A stretch of DNA of 38,456 nucleotides from contig WELB01000001.1 of assembly GCA_009602725.1 (NCBI GenBank), positions 314,171 through 352,626 of the forward strand. The letters run 5' to 3'. Of the stretch, positions 1 through 10,834 are shown piece after piece. Origin of the DNA: Spirogloea muscicola. Lineage: Eukaryota. Under the pieces are notes generated by a model. That model did not search any database and had not been told where the DNA came from. It saw only the letters and a list, made by a program, of their open reading frames with translations. The first letter of the stretch is position 1. Each line of letters opens with the position of its first letter. The position numbers and the translations under genes are program-made.

Positions 1-92
<92 letters not shown>
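1..92. repeat. (CT)n microsatellite, runs off the window start
   Basis: Uninterrupted CT dinucleotide repeat from position 1 to 92. Confidence 0.99.
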
Positions 93-97
<5 letters not shown>

Positions 98-220
98 ACT
101 CACAGTGTCGACTTCAACCTTCAAGGACTGCATCTATATGAAGCTATCCCATCAATGCATGAGCCTTACTATGTCAAGGAAGAACAGCCTGACAGCCTGT
201 AATGATGGCCGCACTTGCAG

Positions 221-3200
221 GTGCAACTGAGCACCGCCCGCGGGCTTCTATGGGCAGATGCTGCTAAGAGCAGCACCAAGTGGCAGTCTTTTGTGGTGAC
301 CCGCCGGCCCAAGAGCGTCGGCGGTAAAAGCGCCGGCTTCTTGACCATCCGGCGGCTGAACAAGTATCAAGTCCAGGTGATGCCCGCAGCCTCGGCAGGC
401 CCAGCATCGTCAGTCTATTCAGGCCAAAATGCATCACTTCAGCAGATGGTCTGACGGCAGCCCCTGCGGCGGTACCGCCGCAGCTCGTCGCCCCTGGCGG
501 TGGCTACATCGCTGCGGGCAGCCAGTTGGCAGCTGCTCAAGCCAAGATCCGGCCCCTCGGCGGAGCCGGGCTCAAGGCCGCAAACCTGGTTAGCGGCGGC
601 GGGCCTATCATGACGACATTCAGGAACGGCCTTGCCACAGTGTTCAACCTCACGCAGGTTTGATAGCTGCTCTGCTGCTGGCAAGCAAGACAAGCACCGG
701 CTGGTGGATCCCAACCTGAGATGGTCGCTCAGCAGAGGCTGGCGGGGGCGCAGGTTGGCACTTCGCAGATACTACTGATGGCGTACAACGGGAGATACGT
801 CACAACGGATAGCAGCGGATATTTGTGGCGCTCCGGACTTCTATCATCCACATTGCAGCTCTTCACTGTGACCGAGGTGCAGCACACACTGATGTTTACT
901 ATACAAAAGTGTCCAATTCCCAGAACAATCTTAACAACTCAAGATCTCAGAAATTCAAATCTCGCAAACCTCGAGTGAGAGGATGCAGTCAGGCCTCTAT
1001 GTTCACCGTCTCAGTGCTGCTTGCTTGCTCTTCCAGGTCCTGCTGCCGTCGATGCAGCCGCAGGCGCCAGCGATGGACTCGCGCTGGTGGTCGAACACCC
1101 TGCAAGACGGCGCCCGAGTAAGTCATACAAATATTGTCGTACCACGCTCTAGCCAAAGCGCGGGAGGCAGTAGCAGCAATGGATGCATACTGTGCCACAT
1201 GCTATGAAAACGTGGGTCTGCTTACATGCTGGTCAAGCGCAGACATCAACTTCTAAACAAGTAACAGGCACCCGCACTGGCTCGTCACGAACGCAGATCC
1301 AAATGTACACCAACTTTGGGGGTTACTGGTCCACCTATGGCAACAATAGCGCAGACTGGCAGGGCTATGTTACCGCATGGCCGGGCATCCAGTATCCGGC
1401 GTCGACCTATATCACTGTGCGGCGGTTGTCCACGAAGACCATCCAGCTACGGACACCGGGTGGGGGATACATCACAGCAGGAAACAAGAACGAGGTTCCT
1501 GTATGCACCCTACCTTCCACTCTGAAAAATAGCCACACTCTGGGCTACGTGACGATGCTTTCATGTCTTAACCAGCTCTTGATCAGGCTGCCTGTAACCT
1601 GCAGGTCATGATGCACCTCCAGAACCCCCAGGTCTCTGTTGGGGGCCCCATTGTGATTAGCTTCCAGTCTACGGCTGCAACAGTGTTCACGGTGAAGCAG
1701 GCAAGTTACACTTGGCGACCATGCTTATGCTTTACTCTTGACACAAGTCATGAATGTAACGATTGCCTTATTGCTTCCTGGACGGCTCTTGAGTACTTGT
1801 AGATGACCTAACACTAATGGTTTCTTCGAAGTGCGGTTCTAGCTTGCTGATGGCAAGGTGCAACTCTTGGCGTACGATGGCCTGTGGGTTGCTGCTGACC
1901 CTTCTGGCTACATGTGGAGGTGGTCAACAACCCCTGAACAATATGAGACTTTCAAAGTGATGGAGGTACTGTGCTTAATGACTGATCAGCAAATTTAGAA
2001 GCACTCTTTCTTTGGATGCCTGAAATGCATGTCAACATAACACATCATTAAGTAGTCAAAGAATGCTATTTGTAAAGGCGGAGTGGACTCTGTCTTAGTA
2101 TATTACAGATTCTCAGGTATGCGAAATATTATTTCCATGTGGTGTCACACTTTCAAGTATGTCCCACCTTGAAAACTTAGAAGTGCTGCACCCTCCTTAT
2201 GCACCTACACGGTTTGCGAAATCCTTCACTGTTATGCTGAGGTGGACCATGATTGTGCAGGTCAAGAGCGTGCCTGCTTTTAGGGTCGTGAATCTGGGTG
2301 GCTGGCTGCTTGGTGAGCCATGGATGGTGCCCTCGCTGTACGAGGGCATCCCGGCCCTCATGGACGGCGCAGCCATCACGCTACAGTCGCTCGCGACAGG
2401 CCGCTATGTGTCGGCTGTCAACGGAGGCGGCTCCCTGGTGAGTACCTTGGCAGTCGTGCCACTTGTGCTGACATTCTGCAAGGACATGGCAGTAAGCCAT
2501 GGAGCCTTTTTGTTGGAGCCTTACTTGATGTTTGACATTGGGCACATGCCTGAGCAGGTGACGGCTGCTGCAACGACGGCAGGGACTGGCGAGACGTTCA
2601 GAATCCGACGTGTGGGTGGTCCAACGGGGCCTCTGCAGCTCCGTGCCGCCAACGGGTACTTTGTGTCGGCGTTGCGTGGCGGCGGGAGGGCCGTGTATGC
2701 AAACAAGTGGCCAGCAGCTGCATATGAGACGTTTGGCCTCCTGATTTGCCCCTTCAATGGCAGTCTCATCATGCTGCAGGTGCCGCTTCTGCGCCTACTT
2801 ATGTAACCAATGTAAGGCCATCTGTGTATCTGGACCATGTCTGGATACTGGTTGCAAGTGCAAGTGGCTGCGCACGCCAAGCCATCATGTCATTGCTGTC
2901 AAGTGCCAAGGCGATCAGTGCAGACTCCGCGCGCACGTAGGTATCAAATATCCATATGCTAAGCATGGGCTGCACACACGCTGCAGGCTTCCAATGGCGC
3001 ATATGTCCAGGCAAAAGACAATGGAGTACTGGCTGCTGATCTGCCGGCAGCCAGTGTGGACCTAAGCTCTGCTGCTTCCTGGGCTGGTCCATCTTCGTTT
3101 TACTTAAACATTGTAAGCCATAGGAGAGTCATCAATCTCATAATCGACAGGCGCCTTGCATCCAACGTTTGAGCATGCAACATACTTGACCATGCTAAGG

Positions 3201-5076
3201 TGAGTGTGTTCCTGCTGACCTGCATATCGCTAAGCTGTTACCTTTGACCTGCAGACGTCTGCTCTGTTGTCAGACTGGCAGCTCTGCAGCGGCCTGGGCA
3301 AAGTGAATGCTACACAGCGCCTGGAAGCGCACTGGTCCACGTTCATCACAGAGAGTGACTTTGCTTGGATGGCAACTCAGGTAGCACATCAGAGCTGGCT
3401 AAATTGATCACAGTCTACTGTGCCTGAACTTGGCTAGCATGGGTGCGAAAGGCACCAGAATTTTCTACAACACCTTGTCCTCATCCATTTTCTGGCCGTT
3501 GACCTTGGACTTCTTACATCTTGCAGAACATTAATGCTGTGCGCATTCCCATTGGTTACTGGACTACTCAGGAGGACGACCCTGACTGGCCATTTGTTGC
3601 TGGCAGCACCAAGTACCTAGACTGGGCATTTGTTATGGGCTGTGAGTTGCGACCTCCAATTTCATGTGGAACTCTTGAAATTGACCAGCCAGCTTGTAAC
3701 ATGACTGGTGGTTAGTGAAAACTTTTATGGTGATCAACATCTCAATCCACCTCCGTGCAGAGTTGTGAGGTACATGACCCAACTTATGAAATCAGTGGGC
3801 ATTGTATTGTTGCAGTGAGATATGGCATCAGGATTTGGATCTCCATGCATGCAGCATTTGGATCCCAGAATGGTGGCGACTCGAGTGCTAGCAGGGATGG
3901 AATCATTGAATTTGCCTGGCCAAATAGCACCAATATTCAGAACACCCTCACAGCCATAGGCTGGATTGCCAACAGGTACAACAACAATACAGTCAGCCAG
4001 TGTGCTTGGCGACATGTCACATCGTTGAGGTAGTAGTTTACCTTACGATTGCAGTATGTCCTCCATTGCACATCCTACTGCTTCAAACTCGCCTCTCAGC
4101 TTAAAAGTCAAAGCAAGGCTTGATGTTTAGAAGCGGCAATATCGATGGGCTGATGCATGCTTGACAATGCATTTCTGGGTTATTGCAGGTACTCCAGCAG
4201 CCCAATGCTAGCAGGCATTGGCGTCCTGAATGAGCCCAGGGCACCAGACGACCCTGCAAGCACACCCAATGTTCCTCTGCCCCAGCTTGTCCAGTTCTAC
4301 AGAGACGCTTACAAAGTCGTCAGGACATATTCCAAATGCACATATGTGGGTCTCGGCTTCAGGGTGGGCAATGCATCCCCATATGAATTCTACCAGGATC
4401 CCAACCTGCCAGATTACACAAATGTCATCCTTGACTACCACTTCTACCACGTGTTTGACCCTACACTTGAGGACAAAAGTGCCACTGAGATTGAACAGCT
4501 TGTGCGTACAAGTGATGCTTCATTCATAAAGGTGAATGCTGAGCGCTTGTTGGTTTCTGTGACCTCGATAGCTTACGAAGCTCAAATTCATGACTCATGA
4601 TGCATTTGCTTGGTTGGTAGAGGTTCAAAGTGAGGTCAAGTAGGTGCTTGATTTTCTTAATGCAGGTACCAATTCTGCACTGCTTCTGACTCGGACGTTC
4701 CACTCAATGCAACAGGCAGTTGCAAAGGCTGGATGGTTGCTGATGATTGGCGAGTGGTCAAATGCCCTGTATGGAAGCTCAAAGGCAACGTTTGCAGATT
4801 ACATCAAATATGGCTTGGTAAGCATTGTTGTGTGCCTGCTGTTCAGGCTGTCCTGCTGCCTTCAAGCCAAGAGATGTAGATGGAGAAATAGATTGTGACA
4901 ACAAGATGTGGAGATGTGTTGAATTGCAGGTGCAACTCCAAACGCATGGCATGGCCTCCAGTGGGTGGTTCTTCTGGAATTACAACAATGGCTGGAACCA
5001 CTACGATGATTGGAACTTCCGGGTCTCTGTGCAAAACAAATGGTTGCAGCGGGACTCCAGTGGAGCTTGGCCATGA
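221..5076 (+). CDS. GH5 glucan 1,3-beta-glucosidase/exo-glucanase-like protein with fascin-like (beta-trefoil) modules; multi-exon, 5' end not seen
   Basis: Spliced exons (approx. 221-377, 485-657, 754-876, 1037-1117, 1297-1494, 1605-1700, 1843-1966, 2261-2437, 2558-2779, 2987-3112, 3255-3380, 3527-3641, 3815-3976, 4189-4531, 4716-4816, 4930-5076) give the GH5 motifs VNLGGWLLGEPWMVPSLY, HWSTFITESDF, NAVRIPIGYW, HAAFGSQNG, acid/base LNEP, LDYHFY, nucleophile IGEWS and GWFFW. A fascin-like insert (LQSLATGRYVSAVNGGG...ETFRIRR...LRAANGYFVSA) follows the first GH5 strand, as in plant homologues. Confidence 0.9.
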
Positions 5077-6177
5077 AGTTTCCTGTATTTGCATCCAACG
5101 GCAACTGAGCCATTGTAACACTAGATTGCCCCATGAATATGAATCAAGCCAAGCACTACATTGTTTACAACATCGCCCGTCTCACAGTCGGCCTACTTGA
5201 GAAGCTCAAAAGAAAGAAGCGCATTAGCTCTAACCTTGAAATTGAGACGCTCAAGTTGGCAATGCATGCACATGTACGTGAGTCATATCAAATTTTACAT
5301 TGCATCATTGCTATAGGCTTTTCCAGGGACGACAACTTCCACCTGTTTTCTTGATATTGAATATACAATTGCTGACATGTAAATAGATGACATTCCAATC
5401 AATAGGGTACTCCAGCTCTGCCAATTCAATATGTGTGTGGATATAACACGCTTACGTGATATTCATTTGCATGAACACGCTCTATTGAACAACCTTGGTG
5501 GTATTTGTAGATAGCCTCTACACTTTGAAGCTTGACCATTAAGCTTACTTATTGTGTCGACTCCTCAAAAGGCGTTACAAGTTTACTACCAAGAAGCTAG
5601 GGACACCTCTTACAAATGAAAGCATCTTATGTGGAGCTCCGACTGCATCGCATTGGGCGACGTACAGCAGGGAGCAGATTTTGCTATGCTCCAACGCTAC
5701 TGCTCATACCTAGAAGTACAATGACGTTCCTAAGGCAGATTGTGTGGAACGCACATTGTAAGTCTGCAACTACAGAGCGACCAGGTTTGCAAGTTCCAAG
5801 CTCCCTTGGTGGTGTACTGCGTCCAGCTCAGGGCTCAGCAACGGTTGCCCGTTTCAGCAAACCTTTGTACTGGGAGCACGTCAGCTGGTGCGCCATGATG
5901 CCAAGATAGGAAGCTGTTTTGCTTGTGTTGCCTGTCCCCTTACTGTCATGCGAGCAGGCCCTTGCTGGCGCCTGCAACCTGCCATCTCCTCCTCACAATA
6001 TCATGGCCTTGTCTTGCGACCTGTACGTGCTGACTCGCAGCTTCTGAGCAGGCCGACAGTAGCAGCTGATAGCCGAGTCCCATAGACGTGCTTGCCTGTA
6101 TTACACAGTCATGCTGGCCCTCCTCAATCCTAACTGCTTGCCTTTACTACACATCATGCTGGCCATCCTCAATCCTA

Positions 6178-6812
6178 CCGCTGCGGCGGATGGCCGCATC
6201 CACACCCGGCGCGCCGATCTCGTCGCCAGCGCGCTCGGCGGGGGGCCTCGGCTCATCGCCGACGTTGTCACGACTGACTGCTTTGCTTCCAGCAGCGCCA
6301 AACGCTCGTCGGAGGAGGCGGGCTACGCAGTCCGCCAAGCGGCGGGCGCAAAGTAACGGTAATACTCGGACCACCCGGTGGGAGACGAGTTTATTCGACT
6401 GGCAGTCGACGTGCACGGAGCCTTTGGCACGAACTGGCTTGACTTGCTTCACCGCCTTGCGCGGCGTGCAGAGACCCGCCGCCTCGGGCAGCAGGGCGAG
6501 CAGCCCGGCTTCAACGTCGCCGGGTCCCTCGCTCAAGTCTTCCGAATGCGTTTGGCCGTCTCGATGCAGCGGTCCCTTGCCTTCGCGGTTCACTTGCGCG
6601 CAGGCCGAGCTTTGGCGGCGGCCTCCGGCTTCCGTCAGGGCGACGTCTTTCCGCCGGCTAGCTACTCAGACTTGCATCTCCTGACTAGAGGTTACTGAGC
6701 GTTCCCTGGCCGATGTCTTAGTCCTAGTCCTTCGTACTCCGGCTCCTTCAGACCTTGTCGCATCCTTTGGGCTGGCCTTTCCCAGCCACCAGTCAATCTG
6801 GCCGCGCTTCCT
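6178..6812 (+). mobile_element. CRE-like non-LTR retrotransposon fragment (family A) with restriction-like endonuclease domain and 3' UTR
   Basis: Translates as RRADLVAS...IADVVTTD...AGYAVRQAAGAK*R*YSD...FIRLAVDVHGAFG...RMRLAVSMQRSLAFAV...LLTRGY*. This is the RxD..D..K..KY..F.P.A.E/D..G layout plus the RLSVxLQR-type motif of CRE-clade RLE domains, with two in-frame stops. Further copies lie at ~8710-9130 and ~33400-33572. Confidence 0.8.
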
Positions 6813-7959
6813 GCAATCCTAACACGCTCTCTTCTCGGCCGACATCAGTCGACCCTCAGTGGAGACTCATACAAATTTCATGAAAGACAGCAATGGGACG
6901 GGCACGCACCAAAGAGGATGTCGAGTCACCTGGCCCCATTGGGCTCCGCCTCAAGCTGTAGCCGGGACGATTTCTTCGATGGCCTCTCAAGCTGACCAGC
7001 GGCGCTGTGAACAGGGTGCAGCCCCTCCCGGTGGCTCGGTGCCTTTGGGTCTTGTTTCCTTTGTTTGCAGCACTCGCAAGCATTGGCTCGTCATCAACGT
7101 GCAGGGCGCGCTCAAAGTCAGGCCTCCGGCTTTCGTGGCGGCGCTCCAGCTCCCCAAGTTAGCTTGTCGGATTTCTTTGTGCTCACCCGGGTGACTGATA
7201 TCACTTTAGGCGCCTTAGTTTCCGTCTCCAGATTATGTAGCCCTGTTTAATTTGCCCTAGATTCAGCCTGAACAATGTATCGGCTTGGATTGGCCTCCAT
7301 TTCATCTCATGCGCCCCGCGCGCCTTCTCTCTCTTTCCTGCTACCGAATGCGTTTATCTATGTGCCTACAGGGGTCCCAGGCGATTGCTTTACATCGCCG
7401 GGCTGGTTGCGCCCTTGCAGCAGCCTCTGGTTCGCGCAGCGGGGTTGCTCTTCCTCCCCTCAGCTCATCCGACTTCCTAGTGCTGACACGGGGGTATTGA
7501 GGGTGCCCTGTCTGCCTAGCCTTTGGCTCCGCCATGAACACCTGTATGCATCTGGCTGGCAATTTACAGCCGAATCTTTCATATCAGCAGCAATTTTTTG
7601 TGCTTGTTTTCTTAGTGATTCCCTTGGCCCCTTCTCGTACTTTGTCCATTCTATTTCGGACTGGCTTTTTTCAGTCCCTATCCTCAATGGGCGAGCCCTT
7701 CTCTCTTTTCTGCCTTGTTCGTTCCTTTGGAACTTGCGGGCAAGCCTTGCTATGGCTGCTACTTCTGGGTCTCGTCGTGATGCCCCTTTTTCACCAGTCA
7801 ATTTGGCAGCGCTGTTCAGTTTTTTTTTACCTGCAAGTTACTCCGAACGGCGGCGGCTGAATCGGGGATACTAAGCTCGCTTTGGACCTTGTTCTTATCT
7901 GGGCTGGCCTCTCACAGCCCAAGGGGATTGTTTTCCGGCACGTAGTCTGTCGGATTGCA

Positions 7960-8100
7960 GAAGATTTTCGTATCAAAGGCCAAACAAAGGCCAAATGGCC
8001 AAGTACAAAGGCAAGCAAATCTAGAGACGTACAGTAACTACAGCAGATTGACCCGCTCAGTAACCACGGGTCAATACATAAAGGTCACTAATCGATGCCT
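7960..8100 (-). mobile_element. CRE-like 3' end (family E), inverted relative to the island
   Basis: Minus strand reads ASISDLYVLTRGY* plus a UTR that matches 37799-37930 on the + strand. Confidence 0.75.
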
Positions 8101-8149
8101 AAGTACTAGACGGCAGATACGAAGCCCTTCCGCCACCAACTAGAGTTCC

Positions 8150-8670
8150 TCTTTCGTCGCTACTGAGTGGTCCATCCTCCTCCCGTCCATAAGATCTGAG
8201 ACCGGTTATGCTGTCAAGGTGGCCGAACAAAAGCAGTTGAACGAGTACAAGGACCAACCGGTGGGTGATACCTTTTACCCCCTGGCCATGGACATCCACG
8301 GGTGTTACTGGGGTCGGTGGTCCTCCCTACTTTCGCTGCTGGCATCTCAAGCTGACCAGCGGCGCCAGGAACAGGGTGCAGCACTTCCTGGAGGCTCGGT
8401 GCCTTTGGGTCTGGTGTCCTGCTACCGCATGCGATTGTCTATGTCCCTCTCAAGCGCTTGCTTTGCACCGCCGTGCCGGTCGCGCCCTTGCAGCAGCCTC
8501 TGGCTAGCGCAGCGGGGTTGCTCTTACTCCCCTCAGCTCATCTGACTGCCTACTGCTGACCCGGGGGTATTAATGCGCCCTGTCTGCCTAGCCTGTGGCT
8601 CCGTCAAAGACACCTGTATGCATCTGGCTGGCTTTCACAGCCGCTCTTTTAATATGAGCAGCCGCTTTCA
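8150..8670 (+). mobile_element. CRE-like fragment (family B), RLE C-terminus and 3' UTR
   Basis: PGYAVKVAEQKQLNEYKDQPVGDTFYPLAMDIHG...RMRLSMSL...ALAAASG...LLLTRGY* (frameshifted). Near-identical 3' ends lie at 7339-7595 (+) and 22425-22637 (-). Confidence 0.8.
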
Positions 8671-10360
8671 TTCGTCCTGACATAGCGCTTCAGGCGAGTT
8701 TAGGCTTTAGACGAGTTTGTCCCACTCGCCTTCTACGTACACGGAGCCTTTGGCACAAAATGGCTTGACCTGCTTCACCACCTTGCGCGGCGTGCAGCGG
8801 CTTGCCGCCACGGGCAGCAGGGCGAGCAGCCTGGCTTCAATGTCGCCGGGTCCCTCGCTCAAATCTTCCGGATGCGCTTGGCCATCTCTTTGCAGCGGTG
8901 CCTTGCCTTCGCGGTTCACTTGGGCGCAGGCCGCGCTTTGGCGGCGGCCTCCGGCTTCCGTTAGGGCGACGTTTTTCCGCCTGCTAGCTATTCAAACTGC
9001 ATCTACTGACTAGAGGTTACTGAGAGTCCCCTTGCTGATGTCTTAGTCCTCACTCCGGCTCCTTCGGACTTCGGCTTGTCCATTTATTTGGGCTGGCCTC
9101 TCCCAGCCACCAGTCAATCTGGCCGCGCTTGCGTTTTAGGCCCCTCCTTCATTTTGGCCCTTCGAACCCCTGTCGATTAGTTTCGGGCTGGCTTTTCACA
9201 GCCCTTGCCCCCATTGGGAGAGCCACTTCTTCCCACAGCCATTGCCTTTCCATGCAAAGAGCTGCATTATTCCTGCTGCTACATTTCCGACTTATGGCAG
9301 CTGCGTAGGGGTTATTGAGTGGTCGTAAGGCAACTGCAGTGGTCTCGGCGCGTTAGGCCAAGCTAGGTGGCTTCCGTCGTGGTGGTCTGGCTCCTCAGCC
9401 TTGATTATAGGGTACGTATATGCTCACTCGAGGATACCCAGTGTCCCGCCTAAGCCAGCTCATTGCCCCGCTCTAGTCCTTTTCGTGAAGGTCAAATTGG
9501 CCTCCCTTTCATTTTCATGCGGCGCACTTTGGGCCTTTCGTTCTCCACCTTTCCCTCTGCATTGTAGTCCCTCTTTCGTAGCTGCTTAATTATTGCTTCA
9601 TGCTTGTTTTCCTTAGTGCTTCCCCTGGCCCCTTCTCGTACTTTGTTCATTCTTTTTGGGCTGGCTTTTCCCAGCCTCTATGCAGCTCTCCGTGTCACTT
9701 GAACGCACCCTCGCTCATGCCATCCACTAGCATGCGGGCCGTGCTATCGTTGCTGCTTTTGGGTCTCGTCTGCATGCATCTTTTCCAGCTTCGAGCTACT
9801 CTGCCCTGAAGTTGCTCACCCGCGGCTATTGAGCTTCCTGTGTTCCGTCCTGTCTAGTTGTCTAGATGCCTAACTGTGTATTTCCCTTCTTTCCGGCACC
9901 TGTTGTGGCTCTTTGGTTATTGTCCTTGTTTTTAGGCTGGCTTCTGCCAGCTCCTCTTTTCTAGGGGCGAGCTTCCCCCCCCCATTCAATGGGCGAGCCC
10001 TTCTCTTTTTCGGCATCTTTTCGTTTTTTGGCCTTGGATATTGTCCATTCTTTTTGGGCTGGCTTTGTCAGCCCCTCTTCTCTACGGGTGAGCACTTTCT
10101 TTCGTTGGAATACCGCATGGGGATTCTCTGATCCGCGGCAGGGGCTACTGAGTGATTTGTAGCTGCTTTGTTTCAGTGTGCTTGTTGCTCTTAGCGCTTC
10201 CCCTGGCCCCCTTCTCGTACTTTGTTCATTCTTCTTTGGGCTGGAAAAGCCAGCCTCTATCCTCTATGGGCGAGCACTTTCTCTATGACATGAGCCACAG
10301 CTATATTGTCAAAAGCCATTTGCGACTGGGGCCGCTACCCATCGGAACCATATCGGCAGC

Positions 10361-10496
10361 TGACGTGGCGACTCTGCCACGCGGCAGGCGGAGGCTCGCC
10401 GGCGGCGCCGCCTGGGGTGCCCAAGGCTGGGGACCACGTGGCGGCGTGTGGTCCCTCACAGACGCCCGGCAGCCCCACTGGCGCAGGCCACGTGGC
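10361..10496 (+). promoter_or_regulatory. ABRE/G-box cluster upstream of COR413
   Basis: ACGTGGC at 10363-10369, CACGTGGC at 10435-10442, palindromic GCCACGTGGC at 10487-10496 and a coupling-element-like CCACGCGG at ~10377. They lie 340-470 bp upstream of the ATG at 10835. Confidence 0.6.
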
Positions 10497-10834
10497 AGGG
10501 GCCAAGGGCGGGTTGCAGCTGCGGAGAACCCCCGACTCACCACGCTGCTACAAGATTGAGGTGAGCAGGCGTGGAATCAAGAATGTGAACTAACGGCCGC
10601 CAAAACCCCCCCCATCCGCGCCGCCGGCCTCCCCCCCAGGGTGTTCCCACCACCCCCCTCCCCGCTCGGATATCAAAGCTGTTATCCGGTCTCTCGCCGC
10701 AGCCGTCCCCACCTCCCTCCTCAGCTGAACATCCTCCCCCCCTTCCTCCCCCTCCCCCTGCATTCCCAGTCTCCGCGCCCCCACTCCCTTCTCCCAGCTC
10801 CCCTCCAGCGGCGGCGGCGGCGGCAGCTGTGGCC

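Larger units (their letters stand above)
5640..10285 (+). mobile_element. Island of stacked, 5'-truncated RLE-type (CRE-like) non-LTR retrotransposon 3' ends from multiple families
   Basis: About 11 ORF termini of the form SDLxxL(T/N/R)RGY* end at approx. 6047, 6698, 7197, 7500, 7874, 8057 (- strand), 8573, 9023, 9318, 9832 and 10152. Each is followed by a family-specific 3' UTR. Additional UTR-only fragments lie at ~7600-7705, 9170-9230 and 9595-9680. Confidence 0.85.

Noticed and set aside
1..92. (CT)n tract as the retroelements' target site
   Set aside because: Element ends are CT-rich, but no element is adjacent to this tract within the window.
6178..6698. Possible TnpB/Fanzor nuclease with a structured 3' guide RNA
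   Set aside because: No RuvC-III/zinc-finger (CxxC...RDxNAA) signature. The motifs fit a PD-(D/E)xK restriction-like endonuclease of non-LTR elements.
5640..10285. Repeat-spacer appearance suggesting a CRISPR-like array
   Set aside because: The repeats are long, divergent and irregularly spaced, and they translate into retrotransposon C-termini. There are no cas genes and the context is eukaryotic.
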